Positions 1 through 10,125 of a stretch of DNA of 64,000 bases are shown in pieces (position 1 is the first letter of the stretch; every line of letters begins with the position of its first letter). A model generated the notes under the pieces. That model was given only the letters and a program-made list of their open reading frames with translations. It was not told the DNA's origin and made no database searches. Origin of the DNA: Thermoanaerobaculia bacterium (GTDB taxonomy: Bacteria; Acidobacteriota; Thermoanaerobaculia; Multivoradales; Multivoraceae); contig OY761158.1 in assembly GCA_963664405.1 (NCBI GenBank), positions 690,925-754,924 of the forward strand, given 5' to 3'. A program made the translations under genes and the position numbers.

Positions 1-276
1 CCAGCGAATGTCCTCCTTGATGGCTTCAACGTACTCGGTGTCTTCCTTGACCGGATTGGTGTCGTCGAAGCGCAGATTGCAGGTGCCACCGTGCTCCGCC
101 GCCACTCCGAAACTCAGACAGATCGCCTTGGGGTGACCGATATGTAGATAGCCGTTGGGCTCAGGGGGAAAACGAGTGCGAACGCCGCTGTGCTTGCCGC
201 TCGCCAGGTCGTCACGGACGATGGTGCGGATGAAGTCGACGGGGCCGCCGCCGTTGGCCTTTGTATCCTCGGTCAT
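1..276 (-). CDS. glnS: Glutamine--tRNA ligase, N-terminal ~92 aa only; the gene continues beyond the window start
   Basis: Reverse-strand translation from ATG at 276..274 gives [84 protein letters not shown]. This carries the class I HIGH motif and a near-collinear match to the bacterial GlnS N-terminus. It is absent from the ORF track because it runs off the window edge. Confidence 0.8.
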   Translation of the reverse strand, partial: MTEDTKANGGGPVDFIRTIVRDDLASGKHSGVRTRFPPEPNGYLHIGHPKAICLSFGVAAEHGGTCNLRFDDTNPVKEDTEYVEAIKEDIRW

Positions 277-491
277 GATGAGGCTGTTCCCAGCTCCGCT
301 AGCGAGCGGCGCCTGCCGCTGCGCGAGCAGGCGGAAGTATAGAGAGCATCCACCAAGCCTGCCAACTGCCGGCAGGCGCCGATCCCGCCGTCTGTCGCTA
401 CAATGGAGGCTCGCGAGCTCTTCAAGGAAACTCGTCGGCGAAGGGAGCTGACTGGCTGAACACCGCTACGACTTCGAATCCGCCTGTTGAT

Positions 492-1862
492 GTGCTGATA
501 CTCGGTGGCGGCAACGCCGCCCTCTGTGCCGCCATCTCGGCTCGCCGGGCCGGCGCCAGCGTACTGCTGCTCGAGAGCGCACCGGAGCACTTCCGCGGCG
601 GTAACAGTCGACACACCAGAAATCTGCGCTACCTGCACGAGAGCGGCAACGAGATTCTCTCCGGACCTTATGCGGAAGAAGAGTTCTGGGAGGATCTGAT
701 TTCAGTCACCGGGGGCGAAACCAACGAAAAGCTCGCCCGGCTGTTGATTCGAGGCTCGACAGACTTGGGTCACTGGATGACCGAGCAGGGCGTGCGATTT
801 CAGGGGCCACTTCGGGGCACTCTCAATCTCTCACGCACTAACGCTTTCTTTCTGGGCGGGGGCAAAGCACTCGTCAACGCATATTTCAAGACCGCGATCG
901 ACCTCGGCGTGGAGGTCGCCTACAACTCGGAAGTCCAAGGTCTCGACGCACGCGAGGGTGAGTTCAAAGCCGCAATCGTCATGAGAGAGGGCGCCACGCA
1001 CGAGATCCCGGCCAAGAGCGTTGTCGCCGCGTCGGGCGGCTTCCAGGCCAACATCGCATGGCTCAAGGAGTACTGGGGAGATGCCGCCGACAATTTTCTT
1101 GTTCGCGGTAGCCCCTTCGACACCGGCCTGGTGCTGCGAGCCTTACTCGATTGCGGTGCGGTGTCGGTCGGAGATCCACGCCAATGTCATGCCGTGGCCA
1201 TCGATGCTCGAGCCCCCAAGTTCGATGGCGGAATCGTCACCCGTCTCGATTGCATCCCCTTCGGAATCGTGGTCAATAAGCTGGGCCTTCGCTTCTACGA
1301 CGAAGGCGAAGACTTCTGGCCCCGGCGCTACGCTATCTGGGGCCGGCTGGTTGCCCAGCAGCCGGAGCAGATCGCATATTCGATTATCGATTCCAGGTCC
1401 AAGGATTTGTTCATGCCTTCCGTCTTTCCCGCCATCGAAGCCGATTCGCTAACCGAGATGGCCTCCAGGCTCGAGCTCGATCCAGCCGTTCTGGAGACCA
1501 CGGTCGCCGCCTTCAATAGCGCAGTACGACCCGGCGTCTTCGACTCCTCCACTCTCGACGACTGCGCGACCGAAGGTCTCGAACCGCCGAAGAGCCACTG
1601 GGCTCGGAGGCTCGAAGAGGCGCCTTTCTACGCCTACCCGCTGCGCCCGGGCATCACTTTCACTTATCTGGGAGTCGGGGTCGACGAGCGGGCACGAGTG
1701 CTGATGAAGACCGACACACCAGCAGCGAACATCTTCGCAGCTGGAGAGATCATGGCCGGCAACATCCTAGGCAAGGGATACCTCGCCGGTCTCGGGATGA
1801 CCATCGGTACCGTCTTCGGTCGAATCGCGGGAGGAGAGGCGGCACGTCATGCCCTCTCCTGA
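492..1862 (+). CDS. tcuA: FAD-dependent tricarballylate dehydrogenase TcuA (succinate DH/fumarate reductase flavoprotein-like)
   Basis: GTG start; N-terminal Rossmann motif LILGGGNAALCAAISARRAGASVLLLE. Full-length similarity to TcuA. It overlaps the downstream tcuB-like gene by 14 bp. Confidence 0.75.
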   Translation: MLILGGGNAALCAAISARRAGASVLLLESAPEHFRGGNSRHTRNLRYLHESGNEILSGPYAEEEFWEDLISVTGGETNEKLARLLIRGSTDLGHWMTEQGVRFQGPLRGTLNLSRTNAFFLGGGKALVNAYFKTAIDLGVEVAYNSEVQGLDAREGEFKAAIVMREGATHEIPAKSVVAASGGFQANIAWLKEYWGDAADNFLVRGSPFDTGLVLRALLDCGAVSVGDPRQCHAVAIDARAPKFDGGIVTRLDCIPFGIVVNKLGLRFYDEGEDFWPRRYAIWGRLVAQQPEQIAYSIIDSRSKDLFMPSVFPAIEADSLTEMASRLELDPAVLETTVAAFNSAVRPGVFDSSTLDDCATEGLEPPKSHWARRLEEAPFYAYPLRPGITFTYLGVGVDERARVLMKTDTPAANIFAAGEIMAGNILGKGYLAGLGMTIGTVFGRIAGGEAARHALS

Positions 1863-2967
1863 ACCACTAGCTGAGGCCGAGCGCCTCATGACGATCTGCA
1901 ATGCCTGCCGCTATTGCGAGGGGTTCTGCGCGGTCTTCCCAGCCATGGAGCGCCGCAGAAGCTTCTTGGAGGGCGATCTCATCTACCTGGCGAACCTCTG
2001 TCACGACTGCCGTGGCTGCTACTACGCCTGCCAATATGCTCCGCCGCACGAATTTGGCGTCAATCTACCGCGAACCTTCGCCGAGCTCAGACTCGAGACC
2101 TACGAAGACTACAGCTGGCCACGCCTTCTCGGCGGACTCTTCCGGCGCAACGGGGTCGCGATCGGCGCCCTCCTGGCCTTCTGTGTGATCTTGGTACTTG
2201 TCCTCGTTCTCACCTTCCAGGGGCCAACGGCCCTAAGCTCCGCGGCTCGAGAGCCAGGGGACTTCTACACTGTTGTCCCCTATGTGGCGATGGTGGCCCC
2301 GGCCGCCGCCATCCTCCTCTTCGGCATCGGCGTCTTCGTTTCCGGATTCCTCCGTTTCTGGCGCAGCTCCGGCGGCCGCTTTCGGGATCTACTGGATCCC
2401 CAAGCTCATCTCAGAGCCTCCCGCGACGCTCTTGCACTGAAATACGCAAAGGGTGGAGGCGACGGCTGCAATTACCCTGACGAAGGCTTTTCCCACGCGC
2501 GACGCTGGCTCCATCAGCTGGTCGTCTACGGTTTCCTGCTCGACCTGGCGTCAACGACCCTGGCGGCGATCTACCAACACTTCCTCCACCGCATTGCCCC
2601 TTATCCGTATCTCAGCGCACCCGTGGTCCTCGGCACGGTCGGAGGGGTCGGCCTGCTGGTCGGGACAGCGGGCTTGCTCTACCTCAAGTTCGGTGCCGAC
2701 GATCGCCCGGCCGACGGGAAGACCAGAGCCATGGATGTGGCCTTCCTGATACTTCTCTTCCTGACCAGCCTCACCGGGCTCCTGCTCGTGGGCCTTCGAG
2801 CAACGTCAATGATGGGCTCCCTCCTGGTAGTGCATTTGGGGGTGGTGGCGGGTCTCTTCATCACCCTGCCCTACGGCAAGATGGCACACGTCGTCTACCG
2901 TTACGCAGCCCTCCTGCGCAACGCACTCGAGGAAGCGCACGATAAGGCAGCCAGCACATCCGGCTAG
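1849..2967 (+). CDS. tcuB: Tricarballylate utilization protein TcuB (membrane Fe-S protein)
   Basis: N-terminal CxxCxxC (CNACRYCEGFC) and a second Cys cluster (CHDCRGCYYAC), followed by multiple hydrophobic TM segments. Coupled to tcuA. Confidence 0.75.
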   Translation: MPSPEPLAEAERLMTICNACRYCEGFCAVFPAMERRRSFLEGDLIYLANLCHDCRGCYYACQYAPPHEFGVNLPRTFAELRLETYEDYSWPRLLGGLFRRNGVAIGALLAFCVILVLVLVLTFQGPTALSSAAREPGDFYTVVPYVAMVAPAAAILLFGIGVFVSGFLRFWRSSGGRFRDLLDPQAHLRASRDALALKYAKGGGDGCNYPDEGFSHARRWLHQLVVYGFLLDLASTTLAAIYQHFLHRIAPYPYLSAPVVLGTVGGVGLLVGTAGLLYLKFGADDRPADGKTRAMDVAFLILLFLTSLTGLLLVGLRATSMMGSLLVVHLGVVAGLFITLPYGKMAHVVYRYAALLRNALEEAHDKAASTSG

Positions 2968-3671
2968 TCGCCGACAGTGGCGCTCTGAGCAGCGCTGAAG
3001 AACTCGTGAGCGCTCTCGAACGGCGCCAGCCGAGAGACGATTCTTCGTGTAGCCGCGTGTGCCGAGGGCGGAAAGCTCGCAAGGCGGTCTACCAACGCCC
3101 GCGCCACGTTCAGAACCTCGCCATCGGGAACGGCCCTCACCGCCAGGCCGAGCCTAGCAAGGTCCTCTCCGTAGTAGCGCTCCGCACTCATGACCATTTC
3201 ATAGGTGCGAGTGAGACCGAGCTTGAGAGTCAGCCAGGCGACGTTCATCGGAGCCGGGCGACCGAGACGCGCCTCGGCGACCTCGAAGAAGGCGCCCTCA
3301 CCGGCGATCAAGAGATCGCAGGCGAGAGCCAGACCCGAGCCACCCGCGATCGCAAAACCCTCGAGAGCGCCCACAACCGGTTTCGGGCAGTCGAACATAG
3401 CGGCATGAAAATCACACCATCTCTCTGAGAAGTCTTTTCGCCACGCCTGTGGCGGCTCTACGGCGAATTCTTTGAGGTCCATGCCGGCACAAAAGCCGCC
3501 CTCCGCCCCCCGAATCAGGACCGCGCCGATCTCATCGTCCGCCGACAGCTCCTCCAGACCCGCGTGCAGACCCTCGAGCAAGGGGCCGTTGAGGGCGTTC
3601 TTTCTCTCTGGGCGGTTGAGAACGAGCTCACCACGTCGACCTACCCGCTCTACCCGTACCGGTTCACTCAT
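2964..3671 (-). CDS. Enoyl-CoA hydratase/isomerase (crotonase) family protein
   Basis: VLNRPERKNALNGPLLEGL...IRGAEGGFCAGMDLKEF is the crotonase signature; 235 aa. Confidence 0.8.
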   Translation of the reverse strand: MSEPVRVERVGRRGELVLNRPERKNALNGPLLEGLHAGLEELSADDEIGAVLIRGAEGGFCAGMDLKEFAVEPPQAWRKDFSERWCDFHAAMFDCPKPVVGALEGFAIAGGSGLALACDLLIAGEGAFFEVAEARLGRPAPMNVAWLTLKLGLTRTYEMVMSAERYYGEDLARLGLAVRAVPDGEVLNVARALVDRLASFPPSAHAATRRIVSRLAPFESAHEFFSAAQSATVGD

Positions 3672-3779
3672 GGCTTCCTCCCCTGTGTTGACCCGCCTCG
3701 GGCACTCTACTCCGAACGACCTCTAGCAAGACAGAGTCGGCTCGGAAGTCAGCGGGCGTGTATCATCTCGCATTCGAGA

Positions 3780-5540
3780 ATGCGCTTCTCCCGACTACTA
3801 CTGACCCTCGTACTTGCCCTGGTTGCGCCCCCGCAGCCCGGCTTCTCGAGCGATGCTGCCGTCCCCATCGAGACCTTCGAGCTCGACAACGGCATGCGCT
3901 TTTACGTGGTCCAGCGTCCTGAGCTCACCACCGTTTCGGCGTCTTGGGTCGCCCACGTCGGTTCGTCGAACGAGCGTCCCGGTATCACCGGCCTCGCCCA
4001 TCTCTTCGAGCACATGATGTTCAAGGGCTCGAGAACCATCGGTACCACGGACAGCGAGCGAGACCGGGAGATCATCGAAGAACAGGAACAGGTGCAAGAA
4101 GAGATCCGGGCCATCTATCAGGCAGATCGTGGGCGCTGGCGCCGCGGCGAGATCGAGGCCCCCTACGCGGCGGAACACCAAAGCGACGATCTAGCCGAGC
4201 TCCAGGAGAGATTCAGGAGTCTCGCCGACGAACAACGCGGACTGATGGTGAAAGACGAGTTCTCCAAGATCTACACCGACGCCGGCGCTACTTTTCTCAA
4301 CGCCATGACCAGCCAGGACGTTACGGCCTACATCATCAACGTACCGGCAAACAAGCTCGAGCTCTGGTTCTGGATGGAATCGGAACGGCTCTTGAACCCG
4401 GTCTTTCGAGAGTTCTACACCGAGCGCGACGTGGTCTACGAAGAACGTCGCTTGAGGACCGAGGCAACCGCCACCGGCGCGTACGATGAACAGCTCAATG
4501 CCATGTTCTGGGGCTCGCACCCCTACTCCTGGCCCATCGTCGGCTGGCCCTCCGACCTGCGGGTCATCACTAAACAGCAAGCCGACGAATTCTTCTCGAC
4601 TTACTACGCTCCGAACAACCTTTCCGCGATTCTGGTGGGCAACGTCGACATCGCCGAAGCCAGGCGCCAGGCCGAGCGCTATTTCGGCCGCATTCCGCGA
4701 GGGGACGCGGCTCCTCCGGATGTCGTCACTCTGGAAATAGAGCAGCTTGCGGAAAAACGGATGGTTGCCGAGTGCGACTGCCCTCCACAGCTGAACATCC
4801 TCTACCATACCGCCCCCTTCGGCCACCGCGACGACTACGTCCTCGATGTCTTCTCCGGCCTCCTCAATGGCCGAACCGGCCGACTCTATAAATCGATGAT
4901 CGAAGGAGCGGAGATCGCCAGCAGCGCCCGCGTTGCCAACCTCGCAAGCAAGTGGGCCGGTTCATTCTCCGTTTCGGCCGAGACCATGGGAGATCACGCG
5001 CCCGAAGATCTCCTCGCCCAATGGGAAAAAGTGCTGGCCGAGCTCCAACAGAGCCCGGTCTCGGCAGCAGAGCTCGACAAAGTCAAAAACATCCTCACCG
5101 CCGACGTCTATCGCCGACTGGAGAGCCCGTTCTACCTGATGATGCAGCTCGCTCTGTACACCGGGCAGGGCGATGCCACCTACCTCAACACGTTCGCTGA
5201 CCGGGTCGCGGCGGTCACGGCCGAGGACGTACAGAGACTCGCGAACACCTACTTCGACCCAGCGAACCGGCTGGTAGGCGTCTATACCCGCAAGGAAGGC
5301 ACTCGAGCGGAAGAGGTACCGTCGGAGTTGGAGGCGCTCCCTGCCGAGATGAGGCAGAGGGTGCTCCAGCAGATAAACGAGATCAACGGGCAAACAGAGG
5401 CTGCGCCGCTGGAAGAGGCGCTCAGCCAGGTGCGGAGCCAATCCGAACAGGTCCCGGCAGCGATGAAGCCTGCATTCGCCTACATGATCCAAGTTATCCA
5501 ACAACGCCTCGAAGTCCTCGCCAACGAGGGTGCGAGATGA
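3780..5540 (+). CDS. M16 family zinc peptidase (pitrilysin-like), active subunit with signal peptide
   Basis: HxxEH zinc motif (HLFEHMMFKGS). Start chosen at MRFSRLLLTLVLALV (signal peptide) rather than the 5'-extended ORF 3564..; 587 aa. Confidence 0.8.
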   Translation: MRFSRLLLTLVLALVAPPQPGFSSDAAVPIETFELDNGMRFYVVQRPELTTVSASWVAHVGSSNERPGITGLAHLFEHMMFKGSRTIGTTDSERDREIIEEQEQVQEEIRAIYQADRGRWRRGEIEAPYAAEHQSDDLAELQERFRSLADEQRGLMVKDEFSKIYTDAGATFLNAMTSQDVTAYIINVPANKLELWFWMESERLLNPVFREFYTERDVVYEERRLRTEATATGAYDEQLNAMFWGSHPYSWPIVGWPSDLRVITKQQADEFFSTYYAPNNLSAILVGNVDIAEARRQAERYFGRIPRGDAAPPDVVTLEIEQLAEKRMVAECDCPPQLNILYHTAPFGHRDDYVLDVFSGLLNGRTGRLYKSMIEGAEIASSARVANLASKWAGSFSVSAETMGDHAPEDLLAQWEKVLAELQQSPVSAAELDKVKNILTADVYRRLESPFYLMMQLALYTGQGDATYLNTFADRVAAVTAEDVQRLANTYFDPANRLVGVYTRKEGTRAEEVPSELEALPAEMRQRVLQQINEINGQTEAAPLEEALSQVRSQSEQVPAAMKPAFAYMIQVIQQRLEVLANEGAR

Positions 5541-7057
5541 ACGTGGCAGGCTCAAAGCAGTCGATAGTGGGCCGAGTCACCTTGCTCGTCTGTGTAGCCG
5601 CGGTCGGGGCGCAGGCCCTCAGCGGACAAGACATCCCGTCGCGACCCGAAGACTTAGCATTCCGAGATCTGGGATTCGAGGTACCGCGAGCCGAATCGAT
5701 TCGCCATGAGCTATCCGACGGCGTAGTCGTTTACGCGGTCGAAGACCACACCCTCCCCCTCGTCGACATCGGCCTCCAGCTGCGGACGGGAAGCTTCCTC
5801 GAGTCGGCGGAGAAGACCGGCTTGGCCAAACTCACGGGCGCCTTGCTGCGATCGGGAGGTACAACGACACGGGCGCCAGGGGAGCTCGACGAAGAGATCG
5901 ACGCCCTCGCCGCGAACATTCGGATGTCGATCGGCAACACTTCGGCCTCAGCCAACCTCAACTGCCTGACCGCGAAGCTCGACGAATGTCTGGCGATCTT
6001 CTTCGACATGCTCGAAAACCCGCGCTTCGACGAGGAGCGTCTCGAGCTCGAGAAGTCGATTCTCGAGGAAGGCCTCGCCCAGCGCAACGACGACCCCGCA
6101 AGGCTTTCCAGCCGTGAGTGGCGGTGGCTGCTTTACGGCGAAGAACACTTCTCTTCGCGCCAGATTACGACTTCCACCCTCGAAGCCATCGAGCGCGAAG
6201 ACCTGGTGGCCTTCCACCGCGACCACTGGGGCCCCGCAGGCATGGTGGTGACGGTCTCGGGAGATATAGAGAGCGAGGTCATCCTGAACAAGCTGGGGCA
6301 GAAGATCGCGGCATGGCCGAGTCAGCACAAGAAGACGCCATGGCCACCGCCGGCCCCCGACTACAACCCGCGACCCGGCGTCTATTCCGTTGAGAAGGAC
6401 ATTCCCCAAGGGCGGGTCCAGATCGGCCACCTCGGCATTCAGCGTTCTCGATGGGACGATCCCGCGCACTTCGCGCTGCAGGTGATGAACAGCATTCTCG
6501 GAGGTGGAGGTTTCACCTCTCGTCTGATGAAAAGGATCCGCTCCGATGAAGGCCTCGCCTACTCCGCCGGATCCTCCTTCGACATCGCCAGCCTTTATTG
6601 GCCGGGTACATTTCGGATCTTCTTTCAGTCGAAGAGCGAGTCGGTAGCGCTCGCCACCCAGATTGCGATCGAGGAGATCCATCGACTGCGCAGTGAAGAA
6701 GTCAGCGACGAAGAGCTCGAGACCGCGAAGAGCTCCTTCATCGAGACTCTGCCACGGCGCTTCGACTCACCCCGATCCGTGACTACGATCTTCGCGGCCG
6801 ACGAGATCCTCGGTCGTTCGCACGCGTACTGGTATGACTACCGGAAGAATCTCGGCGCGGTGACGAAGGCTGAGATTCTTCAGGTCGCTCGCAAGTATCT
6901 CGACCCCGACAAGCTCATCTTGCTGATCGTGGGAAATTGGGAGGCCATCGCCAAGGGGGATCCCGGCGGTCGAGCTTCGATGACCGACATTCTCGAAGGA
7001 GCTGTCAACGTAGTGCCGCCTCGAGATCCGCTCACCCTCGAGCCTTTGTCGCCGTAA
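5537..7057 (+). CDS. M16 family peptidase homolog (second subunit, lacks HxxEH), secreted
   Basis: 4-bp ATGA overlap with the upstream M16 gene. Signal peptide and M16 domain similarity without the inverted zinc motif, typical of paired M16 subunits. Confidence 0.7.
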   Translation: MNVAGSKQSIVGRVTLLVCVAAVGAQALSGQDIPSRPEDLAFRDLGFEVPRAESIRHELSDGVVVYAVEDHTLPLVDIGLQLRTGSFLESAEKTGLAKLTGALLRSGGTTTRAPGELDEEIDALAANIRMSIGNTSASANLNCLTAKLDECLAIFFDMLENPRFDEERLELEKSILEEGLAQRNDDPARLSSREWRWLLYGEEHFSSRQITTSTLEAIEREDLVAFHRDHWGPAGMVVTVSGDIESEVILNKLGQKIAAWPSQHKKTPWPPPAPDYNPRPGVYSVEKDIPQGRVQIGHLGIQRSRWDDPAHFALQVMNSILGGGGFTSRLMKRIRSDEGLAYSAGSSFDIASLYWPGTFRIFFQSKSESVALATQIAIEEIHRLRSEEVSDEELETAKSSFIETLPRRFDSPRSVTTIFAADEILGRSHAYWYDYRKNLGAVTKAEILQVARKYLDPDKLILLIVGNWEAIAKGDPGGRASMTDILEGAVNVVPPRDPLTLEPLSP

Positions 7058-7317
7058 TCAAAGCAACCCATCGACTCGGAGAGGTCGGTGTTTGCCAATG
7101 CCTACTCCAGCCCCAGACATCTGGGAGCGCTAGAGGCTACAACTGCTGGCCACCCGTTGGTTGATCTCTCCGGAGCTAGGAGCGCCGTCCTCCACTGGAC
7201 TCTCACCAAGTCCCGCAAAATGCAAAGCCTCATGAATCAGCACGGCGGCGGCGCGATCGGCAGGGAGACTTGCAAACCCCCGGCACAGGCGTGTCACCGG
7301 GCTGCCCACAACGGTGA

Positions 7318-8113
7318 ATGCACTTGCATGCCGACACAGGCGCCTCTCTTGCGGGTTCGAAGCAGAGACATAGCCTTCCCTTGGAGGACCTCTCGTGGGA
7401 ACCGCACGACTACTTTGCCGAGTCCATGACCGAAGCGCTGATTACGGACCTTGCGCAGATTCCCTCTCTGCGAGTGACCTCGCGGCAATCTGTCGAGCGC
7501 TACCAGCGGCAGTGATGCCACAGTTGGCGACATCGCCAAGGCTCTCGGAGTAGAGGCGATCGTCCAGGGATCGGTCTTGCGCGAGGCGGACCGTGTCCGC
7601 ATCAGCGTCCACCTCATCGACGCGCCAAGCGACAGTCATCTATGGGCGCAGGACTACGAGCGCCCTTATCAACACGTTCTGATGCTCCAGCGCGACGTAG
7701 CAAGCGCGATAACCCAAGAGATCCGCGTATCGCTGACCCCGGACGAGCAAGTTCAGCTGGCGAGCTACCGGGCGGTCGACCCCAAGGCGCACGACCTTTA
7801 CCTGCGGGGTCGCTTCGAGCTCCATCGCTGCGAAATAGACGGACCGAACGACACTGACAACCTCTTCGACGAAGCGATCGCGGTCGACCCGACCTATCGC
7901 CTCTACGAGTCTCCCCAGTTCGCAATCGACGAGTACCCGATAGCCGTCCTCAAAGCAGGCATGGGAGACGCGGAGGGTGCGCTGGACAGCCTCGAGAACG
8001 CACTGGCGCAGCACTCCCCCAACATGATCTACCTCAGAGTGGAGCCTTTTCTCGGACCTGTTCGTCACAACCCCCGTTACAGGGCGCTACAAGACGAGCT
8101 CATGCTGCGCTAG
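7318..8113 (+). pseudogene. Frameshifted, shorter paralog of the TolB-like/TPR region of the adenylate cyclase gene at 56972..58927
   Basis: Frame 1 (7318..7515: LPLEDLSWEPHDYFAESMTEALITDLAQIPSLRVTSRQS) and frame 2 (from ~7514: DATVGDIAKALGVEAIVQGSVLREADRVRISVHLIDAPSDSHLW...LYLRGRFELHR...) align collinearly to residues ~200–340 and the C-terminal tail of the 651-aa cyclase protein. The reading frame breaks near 7505–7515 (..RYQRQ* in frame 1). Confidence 0.5.
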
Positions 8114-8128
8114 GGGGTCGGCGGAGGT

Positions 8129-9715
8129 GTGGCAAAATGCCACTCCATGAAGGAGCTCATCTATCACCGCCACTTCCTCCCGGCCCTAGAGATCTTCGGT
8201 GATCGCACTGCGGTCATTGACGGATCTTACGAGGCCACGTTCAGCCAACACGGGGAGCGCACCCTTCGCCTTGCCAACGCTCTACGCACCGAGCTCGGCC
8301 TCACCAAGAGCGACCGCTTCGCAGTGATGGCGGCAACCAGCCACGAGTACCTCGAGCTCTACCATGCCGCCTACCTCGGCGCCGGCGTCATCAATCCCCT
8401 GAACCTGCGCTTGGCGGGCAAAGAGCTCGATTACATCGTGCGTGACTCCGGAACTGAGATCGTGTTCGTCGATCAACACTTCGCGGAGGCGATGGACGTA
8501 GCGATGAAGGCGTCTGGGGACCGGAGCCCCATACGCAAGACCATTCTCATCGGCGACGGAGACGGACCTGCAGACCTGCGCTACGAGGACCTCCTCGCCA
8601 GTGCAGCAGCGGCGGTGCCGCCGGAACCGGAGGAAGAAGACTCAGTGGTCCTCATGTACACCGGAGGTACCACCGGCCTACCGAAAGGCGTGCTCGTCAA
8701 CCAGCGCGCCGAGACCCTCAACTGGTATCACGCAGGAATGGCCATCGGCTTTGCCGACGACGATGTAAGTCTGCTGCAGACACCCATCTTTCATGCCGCA
8801 TCGATGGTCACCCTGCTCGCGGTGCCGGTGACCGGAGGAACGACGGTGATGATGCCGATGTTCGATCCTGAGGCCGCAATCGCTCTGATCGAGAAACACG
8901 GCGTCACCATGACCGGGATGGTGCCGACCATGATCACCATGATGCTCAACCATCCGAGCTTCGCTCCTGAGCGACTGAAGTCGCTGCGAAGGCTCATCTA
9001 CGGTGCATCTCCGATGCCGTCGGCGCTTCTCGACCGGCTCTTGGAGATGTTTCCCGACATGGAGATCGGCCAGGGCTACGGGATGACCGAGAGCTCGTCG
9101 ATCCTGACCTATCTCGGCGCCAAGGAGCACAGAGCAGGGGGAGACCGGATGCGTTCGGTGGGTCGAGCCCTTCCCGGCGTGGTGCTCTCGATCCAGGATC
9201 CCGAGGGCAGCCTTCTCCCGACCGGAGAGACCGGTGAGGTCTGTGCCAAGGCCGGAAACTACATGACCGAGTACTGGAACAAGCCGGAGGCCACTGAAGA
9301 AGCGTTCCGCGACGGTTGGTATCACACCGGCGATGCCGGTTACCTCGACGACGGCGGCTACCTCTTCCTCGTCGACCGGGTCAAGGACATGATCGTCAGC
9401 GGCGGTGAGAACGTCTATTCGGTCGAAGTGGAGAACGCGATCTCGACCCACCCCGCGGTGGCCCAGGTGGCGGTCATCGGCATTCCCCACGATATCTGGG
9501 GTGAGGCGGTTCACGCCATCGTCATCTGCCACGAGGGAGCGGAGGTGAGCGAGGCGGAGATCATCTCCCACGCTCGCACCTCGATTGCAGGCTACAAGAC
9601 ACCGAAGACCGTAGAGTTCCGGACCGAGCCCCTTCCTCTCTCCGGCGCCCTCAAGGTGCTCAAGCGCGCGCTACGGCGGCCCTTCTGGGAGGGTAAGGGC
9701 CGAGGCATCAACTAG
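8129..9715 (+). CDS. AMP-dependent synthetase/ligase (acyl-CoA synthetase)
   Basis: AMP-binding motif MYTGGTTGLPKGV; 528 aa; full ANL-superfamily architecture. Confidence 0.8.
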   Translation: MAKCHSMKELIYHRHFLPALEIFGDRTAVIDGSYEATFSQHGERTLRLANALRTELGLTKSDRFAVMAATSHEYLELYHAAYLGAGVINPLNLRLAGKELDYIVRDSGTEIVFVDQHFAEAMDVAMKASGDRSPIRKTILIGDGDGPADLRYEDLLASAAAAVPPEPEEEDSVVLMYTGGTTGLPKGVLVNQRAETLNWYHAGMAIGFADDDVSLLQTPIFHAASMVTLLAVPVTGGTTVMMPMFDPEAAIALIEKHGVTMTGMVPTMITMMLNHPSFAPERLKSLRRLIYGASPMPSALLDRLLEMFPDMEIGQGYGMTESSSILTYLGAKEHRAGGDRMRSVGRALPGVVLSIQDPEGSLLPTGETGEVCAKAGNYMTEYWNKPEATEEAFRDGWYHTGDAGYLDDGGYLFLVDRVKDMIVSGGENVYSVEVENAISTHPAVAQVAVIGIPHDIWGEAVHAIVICHEGAEVSEAEIISHARTSIAGYKTPKTVEFRTEPLPLSGALKVLKRALRRPFWEGKGRGIN

Positions 9716-10125
9716 GCCGTCCACGCAGCGATCCTCAACGGCGCGATGCGGATGACCTCGGGTCCCACCTCTACCTCGGCATACTGCGGGTACTTCTCGC
9801 GCAGAGAGGCGAGGACCCTAGCCACCTCTGCGCCTGCCACCAAGGAGCCCTCACCCTCGACAAGCACGTAGCGGAGCCGTCTCCAATCCTCCTCGTAGTG
9901 ATCGACCAGCAGAGCCGCTCGCGGGTTGGTCTCGAGGTTGCGAACTCGCTTCAGCCGCCGTGTGGTCTTGGGCTTGCCGTCGATCGGCGTGTATAGGGCA
10001 TCACCGTCGAATACGAAACAGACGGGAACGAGATGCGGCTGTCCATCCTCGCCCGTGGTCGCCAGACGACCGACTCTCGCCGCTCGCAGCAGCTCTAACG
10101 CCCAGCCGGGCGCCTCGAGGGTCAT
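9712..10125 (-). CDS. PPOX-class (pyridoxamine 5'-phosphate oxidase-like) probable F420-dependent enzyme
   Basis: 137 aa with ..GRLATTGEDGQPHLVPVCFVFDGDALYTPID..ALLVDHYEEDW, the split-barrel PPOX-class pattern. Its start overlaps the stop of the upstream LLM gene (ATGA). Confidence 0.6.
   Translation of the reverse strand: MTLEAPGWALELLRAARVGRLATTGEDGQPHLVPVCFVFDGDALYTPIDGKPKTTRRLKRVRNLETNPRAALLVDHYEEDWRRLRYVLVEGEGSLVAGAEVARVLASLREKYPQYAEVEVGPEVIRIAPLRIAAWTA

Noticed and set aside
3564-3779. 5' extensions of tracked ORFs upstream of the chosen starts (also 25928..26389, 33741..34235, 45732..45974, 46657..47019, 14127-ORF beyond 15446, 12516..12770)
   Set aside because: Extensions lack signal-peptide or domain logic, overlap neighbouring genes or repeats, and internal Mets give proper signal peptides, RBS or domain starts.
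7058-7320. Possible degenerate fifth MITE-like copy (ctggact ... ctcatgaatcag resembling copy-4 termini) upstream of the frameshifted fragment; also ORF 7088..7429
   Set aside because: Similarity limited to two short words with no conserved core hairpin. The ORF has no motif and Arg/Pro/Ala-rich spurious composition.
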